The notes under the pieces were generated by a model. The model saw only the letters and a list, made by a program, of their open reading frames with translations, was not told where the DNA came from and searched no databases. From positions 52,158-116,157 of IMG/VR virus record IMGVR_UViG_3300025093_000009: DNA of 64,000 bases, one strand, 5' to 3'. Below are positions 48,291 through 58,169 of this stretch, piece by piece. The stretch comes from a virus. Position numbers and translations under genes: made by a program. Positions within the stretch are counted from its first letter, which is position 1; each line of letters opens with the position of its first letter.

Positions 48291-49322
48291 ATGAATATTT
48301 TAACTGACATACTAAGCTTAATACGCCAAGGCAAGTTTTCTAAAGAAGCTGAAAAGAATGATGTTCTTGTATTGGGTAAGTGGAATGAACAACCTGAAAT
48401 GACAGGTGTAGCATCACCAATCCCATATAAGTCTGTAAAGCTTATTAAGGTAAGTGACTTTAAAGTTACAGCTTCTGGTTGTGAGTATGAAAATGTTCCT
48501 GTAGATCCTAGAGGAGATACAGCTACAGTTTTTCAGAAGTCAGAAACAGATGCAGATGATAAATGTAAAGTTTATTTTAGAACGTTAAAGTCTATGAGCT
48601 CTAATCTTAAACTTGAGTTATCTGCAGATGATGACTATGTTGAGATTACAACAGAGGGTGAGCCAAATTTAGCAGCAAATGTTGGTAGTGGTAAAGGTGT
48701 ATGGAAAGATAAAGTAGGTGAGACACTTAACTTTAAATCTTTAATAGCAGGTTCAAACATTACTATTGCTGAATCTCTTGATGAAATAACAATATCATCA
48801 TCAGGTGGAGGAGGTGTGGTTACTAGTTTAACTACCAATGGTACCACGGGTGCAGCCACTCTTATAGGAGGAGTATTGAATATCCCTGACTATGATACAT
48901 CAGGGGGTGGTGTAGTAGATAGTATTACAACTAATGGAACTGCGGGTCCTGCAACATTGAATTCAGGAGTATTAAATATACCAGACTATTCATTCTCTTT
49001 ACCTTATACAACAAGGGTGTCTATGTTACAACAAAATACAGCTAATGCACCAACAGAAGTTGTACTAAACGATGATACAGGATTAACAATAGCTTGGTCT
49101 AGATCTTCTGCTGGTCAATATAGTGCAACATTTAGCTCATCTGTAGATGATAGTAAAACAGTAATAACTGTAAGTCAAACGTTTAAAAGCGGCCCAAAAT
49201 ATGCAAATGTTGTTAATGCAAATCCTAATGGTTTTGAATTAATGACAGGAGATGAAGGGACGGGTAATTTATCTGATGATATTTTATTTAACACACCGCT
49301 TGAAATTAGAATATATCCGTAA
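48291..49322 (+). CDS. fibre/appendage structural protein
   Basis: 343 aa. 'LNFKSLIAGSNITI' and a tandem repeat 'VVTSLTTNGTTGAATLxxGVLNIPDY'. Confidence 0.6.
   Translation: MNILTDILSLIRQGKFSKEAEKNDVLVLGKWNEQPEMTGVASPIPYKSVKLIKVSDFKVTASGCEYENVPVDPRGDTATVFQKSETDADDKCKVYFRTLKSMSSNLKLELSADDDYVEITTEGEPNLAANVGSGKGVWKDKVGETLNFKSLIAGSNITIAESLDEITISSSGGGGVVTSLTTNGTTGAATLIGGVLNIPDYDTSGGGVVDSITTNGTAGPATLNSGVLNIPDYSFSLPYTTRVSMLQQNTANAPTEVVLNDDTGLTIAWSRSSAGQYSATFSSSVDDSKTVITVSQTFKSGPKYANVVNANPNGFELMTGDEGTGNLSDDILFNTPLEIRIYP
48804..48989 (+). repeat. tandem ~33-aa coding repeat
   Basis: GGGVVTSLTTNGTTGAATLIGGVLNIPDY and GGGVVDSITTNGTAGPATLNSGVLNIPDY. A third related copy lies in the 900-aa fibre at about 52094-52166. 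Confidence 0.8.
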
Positions 49323-49324
49323 TT

Positions 49325-49786
49325 ATGAGTGATAAGAAACCCAGAAAGAAGTTCAAAGATACCAAAGTAGGAAAGTTCCTAGTTGGTAATGGTTCTGCTA
49401 TTGTAGGTACAGTAGGGGATTTATTACCAGACTCTGGTGTTCTTGGCATAGTAAAGAATCTTATAGATAAAGATGATGCTATGTCACCAGAAGACAAAGA
49501 GAAAGCTATGAAGCTTCTTGAGTTAGATATGATTGAGATGGCTGAGATATCCAAACGTTGGGACTCAGATATGAAATCAGATTCTTGGCTCAGTAAGAAT
49601 ACAAGACCTATGACACTAATTTATTTAACTGTTATTACGTCCTTGTACATTATCCTTGACTCTCTAGATATAGCATTTGATATAGATGAGAGTTGGGTGG
49701 AATTATTAAAGACCTTATTAGTTACAATTTATGTAGCTTATTTTGGGTCACGTGGATTTGAAAAATATACAACAATTAAAAAATAA
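49325..49786 (+). CDS. holin (GTA-type 3TM family-like)
   Basis: 'RWDSDMKSDSWLSKNTRP' followed by TM helices and 'AYFGSRGFEK'. Confidence 0.75.
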   Translation: MSDKKPRKKFKDTKVGKFLVGNGSAIVGTVGDLLPDSGVLGIVKNLIDKDDAMSPEDKEKAMKLLELDMIEMAEISKRWDSDMKSDSWLSKNTRPMTLIYLTVITSLYIILDSLDIAFDIDESWVELLKTLLVTIYVAYFGSRGFEKYTTIKK

Positions 49787-49791
49787 AAGTT

Positions 49792-50052
49792 ATGGGCATG
49801 CATAAAAAATATAGTAAAGGCGGATCAAAAGGAGCAAAAGCTCTAATGGCTGCTCTAAAAGCAAAAGGTTATAAACGTGGTGGTTCATTTGGTGATGGTC
49901 TAACTCATGAGTATTCAAGAGACATGAATATGAAGAGAATGGCAGCTGGTGGAGGCTTGAAAGGTTTTATGGCCGGTGGTAGCACATATGACGGTATGGA
50001 ATATGGTGATGCTAAATTTGGGAAATCAATGAAAAAGAAAAAAAGAAAGTAA
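49792..50052 (+). CDS. small basic protein with five xxGG-type motifs
   Basis: 86 aa with KYSKGG, GYKRGG, RMAAGG, GFMAGG, DAKFG and a poly-K tail. Confidence 0.65.
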   Translation: MGMHKKYSKGGSKGAKALMAALKAKGYKRGGSFGDGLTHEYSRDMNMKRMAAGGGLKGFMAGGSTYDGMEYGDAKFGKSMKKKKRK

Positions 50053-50054
50053 TC

Positions 50055-50276
50055 ATGGCAAAAAAGATATCATTCCCTATGGGGACAGGAGAAGTTAAAA
50101 ATGGATACTATGATCCTACATCAGTATACCAAAAGACTTTACAAAAAAGAAACGCTAAGAAAGTTGCTAAAAGACAAAGAATAGCTAAGGCGGGTATTAA
50201 ATGTGATATGGACTCCACAAGAGCTCCAGAACCTGTACAGTCAGCAGCTTTTAAAAGTGGTTATAGAAGAAAATAA
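50055..50276 (+). CDS. small basic hypothetical protein
   Basis: 73 aa, K/R-rich, in operon context. Confidence 0.6.
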   Translation: MAKKISFPMGTGEVKNGYYDPTSVYQKTLQKRNAKKVAKRQRIAKAGIKCDMDSTRAPEPVQSAAFKSGYRRK

Positions 50277-50289
50277 ATAATAATTTATC

Positions 50290-50634
50290 ATGGCAACATT
50301 AACAGCTCAACAAATAGTACAAAGCGGATTAGTTCCAACAACGGTTACACCAGATGCTTCTGGTGATAAGCTGGCAAATACAGGAAAAGAGTTCTTTCAT
50401 ATTACAAATGATAGTGGCTCAGCATTAACAGCAACTGTAGTACCAGTTGTAACAACAGTTATTGATCCTGATTTAGGAAAGTTGGTAAAAGAAGATGCTG
50501 TACTAAGTTTAGCGGCAGGAGAAGATGGCTTCTTAGGTCCGTTTGAAGTTGATGCTTTTAATGATACTGATGGTAATATAACAATAACCTGTTCAGTGCA
50601 GTCTAACATAAAACTATCTGCACTGTATACTTAA
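50290..50634 (+). CDS. putative capsid decoration / small beta-rich virion protein
   Basis: 114 aa, T/V/G-rich beta pattern 'GDKLANTGKEFFHITN', among structural genes. Confidence 0.4.
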   Translation: MATLTAQQIVQSGLVPTTVTPDASGDKLANTGKEFFHITNDSGSALTATVVPVVTTVIDPDLGKLVKEDAVLSLAAGEDGFLGPFEVDAFNDTDGNITITCSVQSNIKLSALYT

Positions 50635-50645
50635 AATATTAAACA

Positions 50646-53348
50646 ATGGGCTCATTACTACAAGATGTATTAGGATTATTCCAAAAAAAGAAATACAAAG
50701 AACCACTTCCTTACGTACCAAGTAAGGATGATTATTTTGTACTATCAACTAAGGCTGATAGTAGTCTTAATGTAATGGCCTATCTACCCAAGGTAGAACA
50801 AACATTAATCTCGGCCAAGCAATTTGCTGATGCAATTTCTGCAGGTAGTAATACAACTTACGATTTAACAGTTGGTGATGATGGTGTTAATGCAGATATA
50901 CTTTTAACAGGATCAGATGGTTCTCTAGACACAGTAAAGATTAAACCAGGTACTAATGTTACAGTATCACATGATGTTATTGAAGGTAGTATAACAATAT
51001 CATCTACAGATCAATATGTAGGAACTGTAACTAGCGTTAATGCAACTACAAATGCGGCAGGACTTGCTGCAATTGAAGTCTCAGGAGGCCCAATTACAAC
51101 TAGTGGGACTCTTACATTTAATTTTACAGGCACAATTGCTCAGTATGTTGATGGTGCAGGAGGTTTACAAAACTTCCCTACTATCCCAACAGGTATGATG
51201 TATCAGTTTGATGTATCAGCTGATACTGGTACTCCACAAACTATTAAAGATGCTGATAACTTAATCTTTGGTGGAGGTCAAAAGATTGTAACTGAAGTAC
51301 AAGCGCCTGATACTATAAAGATTACTCATGATAATACAACCAGAACAGATACAACTAGCTCTGTGTCACCCGGTTTTGGAGATGTTATTACGGTTATTGA
51401 TAGTATAACACAAGATTCATCAGGTCACCCTACAGCTGTAAATGTAAAATCTATTACATTACCAACACCTGGTGCAGATGTAAATACTACATATGATTTA
51501 ACTGGTGCAGTAAGTAATGTTGATGACTATGCAATAGCTCTAGATGGTTCGGATGGTACATTAGATAAAGTGACACTAGAGGCAGGTAATAATGTTACAC
51601 TAACAGATCAAGGAACTAATACAGTAAAGATTGATGTTACTATTCCTCCTGGTGGCGGTGTAACTTCTTTAGAAAATTTAACTGGTGCACTAAATCTAGC
51701 AGCAGGAGCAAACATTACAATATTTGATAATGGTAGTGATACAATTACAATCTCTGCAGCTGGAGGATCTGGCTCTGTAACTAGTGTTGGTTTATCAGCA
51801 CCTTCTGCATTTACTGTTAGCGGTTCACCTGTATCAACTTCAGGAACTTTAGCATTTACAGGAGCAGGTACTGCACAACAATATATAGATGGTACTGGAT
51901 CTTTACAGACATTCCCTACTGTTGGTAGTGGTACAGTTACAAGTGTAGCTGCAACTATTAATGGAGATGCCATAAGTATATCTGGATCTCCTATAACTAC
52001 ATCAGGAACAATAGCTCTTACTTTTGGAGGTAGCAGCACAGAATATATTAATGGAGATGGAGATTTAGTAACATTCCCAAGCTTCCAAGCTCCTTTAACT
52101 TTAACAACTACAGGCACAAGTGGAGCAGCAACTCTTGTTGGTAATACCTTAAATATCCCACAATATTCAACAGCCACTGGTTCAGATGAGAAATTTAAAG
52201 TTGATTCATCAGATACAGTAGCAGGATATTGGACTGATAAAATTACCATTGGTTCAGGTTTAACTCAGACTATATCAACTGAACCTAACGGAGAGAAGCT
52301 AATTCAAATCCACGCAGTCTCCTATAACATGGTTAACAGCATTAAGGTTGGTAATCAAACTCAATCAGGATTGTTTGAGTTTGTTGGTCCAGGACTTACA
52401 ATGGATAGTAATGTTAATCCTATAGAAATAGAATTTGCTGGTGTATTAACTTTAGCAGCTACAACAGCAGGAGATGCTTTAGATGTAGCTGTAACAAATA
52501 ATAGTAGTACAACTGGTATTAGTACTGCAGCCTTTACATGGGCTGGAGCTAGTTCTCAGTATGTAGATGGTCAAGGTAACTTACAAGCATTCCCAACTAT
52601 ACCTTCTGCCTTTACGTTTGATATTGATGGTGACACTGGTGCAACATATACAGTTCCATCTGGGGGTACTATAGAAATTGCAGGTGGTATAGGAATAGCA
52701 ACAAGCAATACCGGTGGAGTTGTAGATGTAAACTTAGAAAATACAGGAGTAACTGCCGGTCAATATACTAATGCAACTATAACAGTAAATGCTCAAGGAC
52801 AAATTACCTTAGCATCTAGTGGTTCAGCAAGCAGCTATCAAGCAGGTAAAGGTATAGCATTTGATACAACCACTAATCCTGATACTATAGAAGTAGATTA
52901 TGGTGATCCAAACAATAATGTTATTCAGGCAGCTCCTTTAATGAGTAATGCTTCGGAGCCTGATCTTGAAGAAGACCATTTGATATATCAAGATGTAAAA
53001 ACATATGATGTATATAAAATAGTTATAGGTGATATATTTGATAGATGGAAAAGTGCAAATGCTATAGCAGAACAGTATTTCTCAGTTGATCAAAACGGAT
53101 TTGTTAATATTGGTAGAGGTACAAGAAATAACTTAACAGCAGTTGCAACTGGTGTTGGAGCATATACTATATCATGGACAAATGCTTTTCCTAATACAGA
53201 TTACTTAGTAAATATGACAACGGAACTGGCTACAGGGCAGTATGTTACATTTGTAAGAGAAAAAACAACAACAGGTTTTATTGTAACTGTAACTGACTTA
53301 TCCGGAACTGCTGTTGACACAATGGTTAATGTAGTATTATACGAATAA
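50646..53348 (+). CDS. long fibre protein (repetitive shaft)
   Basis: 900 aa. Repeats 'GTVTSV...SGSPITTSGTL...YIDGxG.LQTFPT' and 'TTYDLT...GSDG.LD.V'. 'GVTAGQYTNATITVNAQGQIT'. C-terminal H-lectin/gp53-like tip. Confidence 0.8.
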   Translation: MGSLLQDVLGLFQKKKYKEPLPYVPSKDDYFVLSTKADSSLNVMAYLPKVEQTLISAKQFADAISAGSNTTYDLTVGDDGVNADILLTGSDGSLDTVKIKPGTNVTVSHDVIEGSITISSTDQYVGTVTSVNATTNAAGLAAIEVSGGPITTSGTLTFNFTGTIAQYVDGAGGLQNFPTIPTGMMYQFDVSADTGTPQTIKDADNLIFGGGQKIVTEVQAPDTIKITHDNTTRTDTTSSVSPGFGDVITVIDSITQDSSGHPTAVNVKSITLPTPGADVNTTYDLTGAVSNVDDYAIALDGSDGTLDKVTLEAGNNVTLTDQGTNTVKIDVTIPPGGGVTSLENLTGALNLAAGANITIFDNGSDTITISAAGGSGSVTSVGLSAPSAFTVSGSPVSTSGTLAFTGAGTAQQYIDGTGSLQTFPTVGSGTVTSVAATINGDAISISGSPITTSGTIALTFGGSSTEYINGDGDLVTFPSFQAPLTLTTTGTSGAATLVGNTLNIPQYSTATGSDEKFKVDSSDTVAGYWTDKITIGSGLTQTISTEPNGEKLIQIHAVSYNMVNSIKVGNQTQSGLFEFVGPGLTMDSNVNPIEIEFAGVLTLAATTAGDALDVAVTNNSSTTGISTAAFTWAGASSQYVDGQGNLQAFPTIPSAFTFDIDGDTGATYTVPSGGTIEIAGGIGIATSNTGGVVDVNLENTGVTAGQYTNATITVNAQGQITLASSGSASSYQAGKGIAFDTTTNPDTIEVDYGDPNNNVIQAAPLMSNASEPDLEEDHLIYQDVKTYDVYKIVIGDIFDRWKSANAIAEQYFSVDQNGFVNIGRGTRNNLTAVATGVGAYTISWTNAFPNTDYLVNMTTELATGQYVTFVREKTTTGFIVTVTDLSGTAVDTMVNVVLYE

Positions 53349-53365
53349 AATTAAAATAAAGAACA

Positions 53366-56300
53366 ATGAGTGTTTATATACAAGAGGTCTTAGGCCTACT
53401 GAAAAGAAATAAAAAGAAGAGAAAACTAGACAAAGTTAAAGATCACTTTGAATTTGGTAAACTCTACCGTACTAGTGCTTTAAACACAGGTGCGGCTTAT
53501 AACCCTAAGATGGAACCATTTGTGGTTAACTTTGGTGATCTTGTATGTGAAATAACTGAAGACTTAACTAGAACTCAACCTGGCTCAGGAGGTTTAGGAT
53601 TTATTCCTGTATATACTACACCTGAAGGCAGTTGTGCTTGGGACACATTAAAAGATTCTATTATAACTCAGAATGCCATTGGTGATACTATTACTATTAA
53701 TAATGGTAATTTAATTGTTGAAGGAGACTTACAAGTAGATCAAAATGCAAATGTTGACTTACAACTAACAGCTGGTTCAGCAAATATATTAGACTTAACT
53801 GAAGACCGTATAGTTATAGTAGGTCCAAACGGGGAGTTAGAAGATGATGCTAACTTTACAATGGATGGTACAACTTTTACAGCTAATGTAAATGTTATTC
53901 ATGGTACTGATGTACCAGCGGGTGTACCAACACATACTACAACTATAAACTCTAATCTTAAACTAGAAGGACCTGTCTATGATTCACTTGGTAATTTAGG
54001 TGGACTAAATAAAGTTCTTGTTGGTTTAGCAGATGGTAGAGTAAAGTGGCAAGATGATGATGTTGTAGAAGCACTTACATATGGTGCACTATGGCAAGGA
54101 GATCCTACCAACTATAAAGTAGAATTACTTATTGGTACTGCAGATCAAATACTTATTTCTGACGGTACTACTTTTGCATGGCAAGATAACCCAGCAGCAA
54201 TTGTTGGTGAAGTTTGTGATGTATATAGAATTCCATTATGGACTCCTGATGCTCAAACATTAGGTTGTTCATTACTTATTCAAGATGGAAACTCTGGTAC
54301 TCCTGCTACTAAAATTACTAATGATGGTAAACTACAACAAACAAAAGAATTATACTTAGACACTGTAGCTCAAGATGATACTCTTACAGAAGTATTAGTT
54401 AGAGATACAGGTTCTAGTAATGAAGTTAAATTTAGAGATGTAAGTACTATTGTACCTCCTACCGGCTTTGATACTCTTACTATGAGTGAAACAGCAGGAT
54501 GGCAATCTACTGAAGGATATATGAATGCTTATATTGGTCTTGATGATACAGCTGTTGCAGGTGAATCATATATGGTAATTAAAGATATGAGCTGGTTAAC
54601 TGATGGAGACCGTGTTCTTGTTATTGCTAAAAACGCTAAGACAGGTACATTATTACCAGAAAATGTTATTAGATTTCCTAACTGGAGCTTAGGTGGAGAT
54701 ACAGTAAAAAATTATGCCTCTTGGATAGGTGGACCTGATTTAGGATACCCAACTGCTTCTCTTCTATATGGTGAGAGTTTAAAGTTCAAAGCAGAGCTTT
54801 ATGATATTCCCGGAGGTACAGACAAAGAATTACATTGGGATGCATGTTGTAAGATTTATTCTTCAAATGTTTGTCCAGTAGCTGCAAGTGCTAACTATGT
54901 TCTAGATGAAGATACTAGTTATAGTGGTAGTGTTAGTGCATCTGATGATGGTTATGGTGGATATGGTTTAACATATACTATAGTAACTAACCCTGGTAAT
55001 GGAAGTATAGTATTACAACCAGATGGTTCTTTCTTATATACACCTACAACAAACTTTAATGGAACAGATAGCTTCCAGTATAAAGTAAATGATGGTTATT
55101 GTGATAGTAATGTGGGAACAATTTCATTCCAAGTTGCAGCTGTAGCTGATCCACCAATATGGACATCTACTGATCCTGTAACTGCTAATACATATCCAAA
55201 CTTAACAGGTGGTGATACATGGACATATAACTGGACAACAAATGATCCAGATCATCCATGTTCCGCTTTAGTATATACAACACCAAGTTTACCTTCATGG
55301 TTAACATTTACAGATAATGGTGATTGTACTGGTACTTTAACTGGAACCTTCCCAACCAATGGTGGAAACTTCCCGGTAACTTTAACTGTTACAGATCCTG
55401 ATGGTAATGCAGATACACAAACCTTTACAATTGGAGGTTTAGGCGTGACTAAAGATACATACTTTGTATTCTGGAGTGATACTTCTGGATCAATGAATTC
55501 AACAATTACACAAACATCTCAAATGGTTAGTGTTCCAGAGGTAAAAGTTCAAGCTACTACTCAAGGAGCTCAACCAAATATTTTATCTGTAACTTCTGGT
55601 GCTACTCCAGGAAAAGTTGATATGAGTAATGGTGATGCTAATGCTTCATACTTATGTATTACTGTTGGTATGCAAGTAAGTGGACCAGGAATTGGAAGTG
55701 GTACTACTGTAGTAGCTGCAGGTGGTTTGAGTATACAATTAAGTAATAACCATTCAGCTCAAGCTGGAGATGTTATAACATTTACAACAACTCAATCTCA
55801 GAAAGATACAGATTATGCTGACACAAATAATTTAAGAAACTTATTGCAAGATTTCTATGCAACAGGGGGTACTAAAGCAAGCGGTAATGCTGATCCTGCA
55901 ACAAATGGTCAAGATATGTATGACTCTCATATATATTGGAATCATATGGGTCCTGAAAGACAAGTTCAATACTTTGCAAACGGTGGTGTTGGTGATACTA
56001 TAGGTACAGGAGGATATTTCCCTAGTGCATCAAATATATTTATTTTAGGTTTTGCAGATGAATCAAGTAATTATCCTCAATGGGGTAGTAGAAATAGCGC
56101 AACAGATCAAAATCTTTTAGATGATGTTGCTTTGGTTAAAAGTTTTGTAACTACACTAGAAACAGCTGCAGGAAACAATCAAATTTTACGTGGTACATTT
56201 ATGAGTGTAAATGGAGGTGCAGGTTCTGGTACAGATATACATCAGTTCTTAGGACCAGATGGTTTCTGTGCTACAGGTGGACGTACTCTTAATGGATTTA

Positions 56301-56476
56301 ACTATCCACCAGAGGCTACAGCTTATAATCAAACAACACAAACGTTATTCCCTGAATCTACAGGTTCTCCAACAAGATTTAGATATAGAGGAAATGTTAC
56401 TGATGGTGGTGGTTCAACATACTACTATAATGAGATTAGACAAGCTCTATTAGATCACGGAGTTACAGGAATATAA
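53366..56476 (+). CDS. fibre/adhesin protein with Ig-like (cadherin/Big_9, putative Ig) and vWA-like domains
   Basis: 'DEDTSYSG...GSFLYTPTTNFNGTDSFQYKVNDG', 'LPSWLTFTD...LTGT...VTLTVTD', and MIDAS-like 'DTSGSM'. Confidence 0.75.
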   Translation: MSVYIQEVLGLLKRNKKKRKLDKVKDHFEFGKLYRTSALNTGAAYNPKMEPFVVNFGDLVCEITEDLTRTQPGSGGLGFIPVYTTPEGSCAWDTLKDSIITQNAIGDTITINNGNLIVEGDLQVDQNANVDLQLTAGSANILDLTEDRIVIVGPNGELEDDANFTMDGTTFTANVNVIHGTDVPAGVPTHTTTINSNLKLEGPVYDSLGNLGGLNKVLVGLADGRVKWQDDDVVEALTYGALWQGDPTNYKVELLIGTADQILISDGTTFAWQDNPAAIVGEVCDVYRIPLWTPDAQTLGCSLLIQDGNSGTPATKITNDGKLQQTKELYLDTVAQDDTLTEVLVRDTGSSNEVKFRDVSTIVPPTGFDTLTMSETAGWQSTEGYMNAYIGLDDTAVAGESYMVIKDMSWLTDGDRVLVIAKNAKTGTLLPENVIRFPNWSLGGDTVKNYASWIGGPDLGYPTASLLYGESLKFKAELYDIPGGTDKELHWDACCKIYSSNVCPVAASANYVLDEDTSYSGSVSASDDGYGGYGLTYTIVTNPGNGSIVLQPDGSFLYTPTTNFNGTDSFQYKVNDGYCDSNVGTISFQVAAVADPPIWTSTDPVTANTYPNLTGGDTWTYNWTTNDPDHPCSALVYTTPSLPSWLTFTDNGDCTGTLTGTFPTNGGNFPVTLTVTDPDGNADTQTFTIGGLGVTKDTYFVFWSDTSGSMNSTITQTSQMVSVPEVKVQATTQGAQPNILSVTSGATPGKVDMSNGDANASYLCITVGMQVSGPGIGSGTTVVAAGGLSIQLSNNHSAQAGDVITFTTTQSQKDTDYADTNNLRNLLQDFYATGGTKASGNADPATNGQDMYDSHIYWNHMGPERQVQYFANGGVGDTIGTGGYFPSASNIFILGFADESSNYPQWGSRNSATDQNLLDDVALVKSFVTTLETAAGNNQILRGTFMSVNGGAGSGTDIHQFLGPDGFCATGGRTLNGFNYPPEATAYNQTTQTLFPESTGSPTRFRYRGNVTDGGGSTYYYNEIRQALLDHGVTGI

Positions 56477-56493
56477 ACTCTATACCAAAAAAA

Positions 56494-56523
56494 TAAGAGC
56501 CTTCCAAATCCGGAGGGCTCTTA
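56494..56523. terminator. bidirectional intrinsic terminator between convergent late and replication modules
   Basis: Stem TAAGAGCCTTCC / GGAGGGCTCTTA with an upstream A-run (56487-56493) and a short downstream T-run. Confidence 0.8.
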
Positions 56524-56551
56524 CTTTAACTTGGCCATATAACAACTAACA

Positions 56552-56947
56552 CTATTTCCCTTTGTTAGTTAAATAAGCTGACTCAGTTCCGCTTATAATA
56601 TCATCATGATTTATCTGATCTTTTACAGCACGATTCCTATTATATTGTTCTACGAACTGATCTCTTTCTTCAGATTCTAATTCTTTTTCTAAACATGCGA
56701 GTGCACGCCATGCCACTTTTGCGGTGTGACGAATTCCATCATCATCAATTGTACCTGCATCAATTAGGTGTCTAGCAAGAGCATCATAGTCATCAGTAGA
56801 TTTATTACGATCCCAATGTAGAGGTTTATCTGGATGATGTTGTTTGTTCCCTTGTAACGATACACGAGCTATCTCCATTATAGCTTTGGGAAAATATTTT
56901 ATTACTCCTGTGAATACAGGTCTTTCTTTACGCTGTTTGGCATCCAT
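56552..56947 (-). CDS. dATP/dGTP diphosphohydrolase-domain protein (DUF5664-like)
   Basis: 'YFPKAIMEIARVSLQGNKQH...HWDR.KS.D..DALARHL...HTAKVAWRALA.L'. Confidence 0.8.
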   Translation of the reverse strand: MDAKQRKERPVFTGVIKYFPKAIMEIARVSLQGNKQHHPDKPLHWDRNKSTDDYDALARHLIDAGTIDDDGIRHTAKVAWRALACLEKELESEERDQFVEQYNRNRAVKDQINHDDIISGTESAYLTNKGK

Positions 56948-57114
56948 GTTTTATTCTTCTTTAAAAGGTTAAATTCAATTAGTACTTGTTTCCAATATTC
57001 TGTAAGTGCACCATCATGTACTATAAAATACAGAAGTTGGTTTATATGCTTGTCTCCATCTACGGGACCAAGCTTTATATATATTTCTTTGGCTCTGTGT
57101 TGTTGTTCTGTCAT
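56902..57114 (-). CDS. hypothetical protein
   Basis: Likely start MTEQQ at 57114, because the upstream in-frame GTG lies inside a strong hairpin. Confidence 0.5.
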   Translation of the reverse strand: MTEQQHRAKEIYIKLGPVDGDKHINQLLYFIVHDGALTEYWKQVLIEFNLLKKNKTWMPNSVKKDLYSQE

Positions 57115-57123
57115 TATAAAAGA

Positions 57124-57177
57124 GGGAGCCAGTGCCAGAGAATGCAAAAACTCTGACACCGGTTGGTTTATTCTCCC
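57124..57177 (-). promoter_or_regulatory. structured RNA element (attenuator/terminator or processing site)
   Basis: On the minus strand, GGGAG-[10-nt bulge]-CCGGTGTCAGAG pairs with CTCTGGCACTGG-CTCCC (12+5 bp, two G:U pairs), followed by TCTTTT. Confidence 0.65.
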
Positions 57178-57180
57178 ATA

Positions 57181-57255
57181 TTAATCATTAAGATTATTGT
57201 GTTCTGAAATGTAAAAAAAGAGAATAGCAAAAAATAATACTAAGAGTATCTTCAC
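57181..57255 (-). CDS. 24-aa hydrophobic micro-peptide (not in ORF track)
   Basis: GTG overlapping the DUF932 TGA (GTGA), giving MKILLVLFFAILFFYISEHNNLND. Confidence 0.4.
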   Translation of the reverse strand: MKILLVLFFAILFFYISEHNNLND

Positions 57256-58169
57256 AATTCTTCAGTAAATACATTTTCAATCAACTGCGTATCTAGTGAT
57301 ACTTCTTCATGAGGAATCTCCTCAATAACATCTACCTCAATAAATGTTGGCTCAACTGTTTTAGTTTCAACAGTCTCTGCAGGCTCCTCAACGGTTTGTT
57401 GAGTTTCTACAGAAGAAGCGCTACTATTAGATAAACAATCTGACACAATAAAGTCATGAAAGTTTTGACTATCCTGTAACCAATTCTTTGGATGCGCTTT
57501 CTTCAATGCATGCGTAACATGATTGTAAAAGGCCCAACAGTTATCTTGATCTACACCATAATAATAAGATGGTTTATTAAGCTCTGCTTTCACCATAGTC
57601 ATTTGTTGTGTATCAAGAACTTCTTCTTCAATAAAAAGTCTACCCGCCAGCTCAGCTTGTTGTTTTTGTGTTAACTCACAAGCTTTCATAGCATCACGGT
57701 CTTTTATAATGCGTGCATAGTATTTCTCTGCATTCTTAATTTGATCAGCAATGTGTAGAGAAACTTCTACATTTGCAGCTCCTGTATGCTTACGCTTCCA
57801 GTTCATCATGTCACCGGCAACCATACCGTTATGACATACTCTTACATATGCACCAATAGCACATTGAAAACGTGTGCTCTTGTCATATGAATTTGTCCAT
57901 GCAAACATCATCCCTAACTCATGTTCTTTAGTAATCATATCATTTTTAGTTCTACTTGGGTAGATGTGATAGATACCTTGGGCAACATTTGCATTCATAC
58001 TAGCTCTATAGATTTCTCTTTGAATTGTAAATCCACTCTTCTTCAATAAAGCTAAAGTGTTGTCAATCACTGTTTTATGTGTGACAACTGTATAACTTTT
58101 ACCATGATTTGGTAAAGGTGCTTGTTCTAAATAGGACCTTGTGGTCTCTTTTGGTTTTGAATATCCCAT
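57252..58169 (-). CDS. DUF932-family protein
   Basis: 'SYTVVTH', 'NSYDKS..FQCAIGAYVRVCHNGM', 'WAFYNHVTHALK'. Confidence 0.75.
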   Translation of the reverse strand: MGYSKPKETTRSYLEQAPLPNHGKSYTVVTHKTVIDNTLALLKKSGFTIQREIYRASMNANVAQGIYHIYPSRTKNDMITKEHELGMMFAWTNSYDKSTRFQCAIGAYVRVCHNGMVAGDMMNWKRKHTGAANVEVSLHIADQIKNAEKYYARIIKDRDAMKACELTQKQQAELAGRLFIEEEVLDTQQMTMVKAELNKPSYYYGVDQDNCWAFYNHVTHALKKAHPKNWLQDSQNFHDFIVSDCLSNSSASSVETQQTVEEPAETVETKTVEPTFIEVDVIEEIPHEEVSLDTQLIENVFTEEL

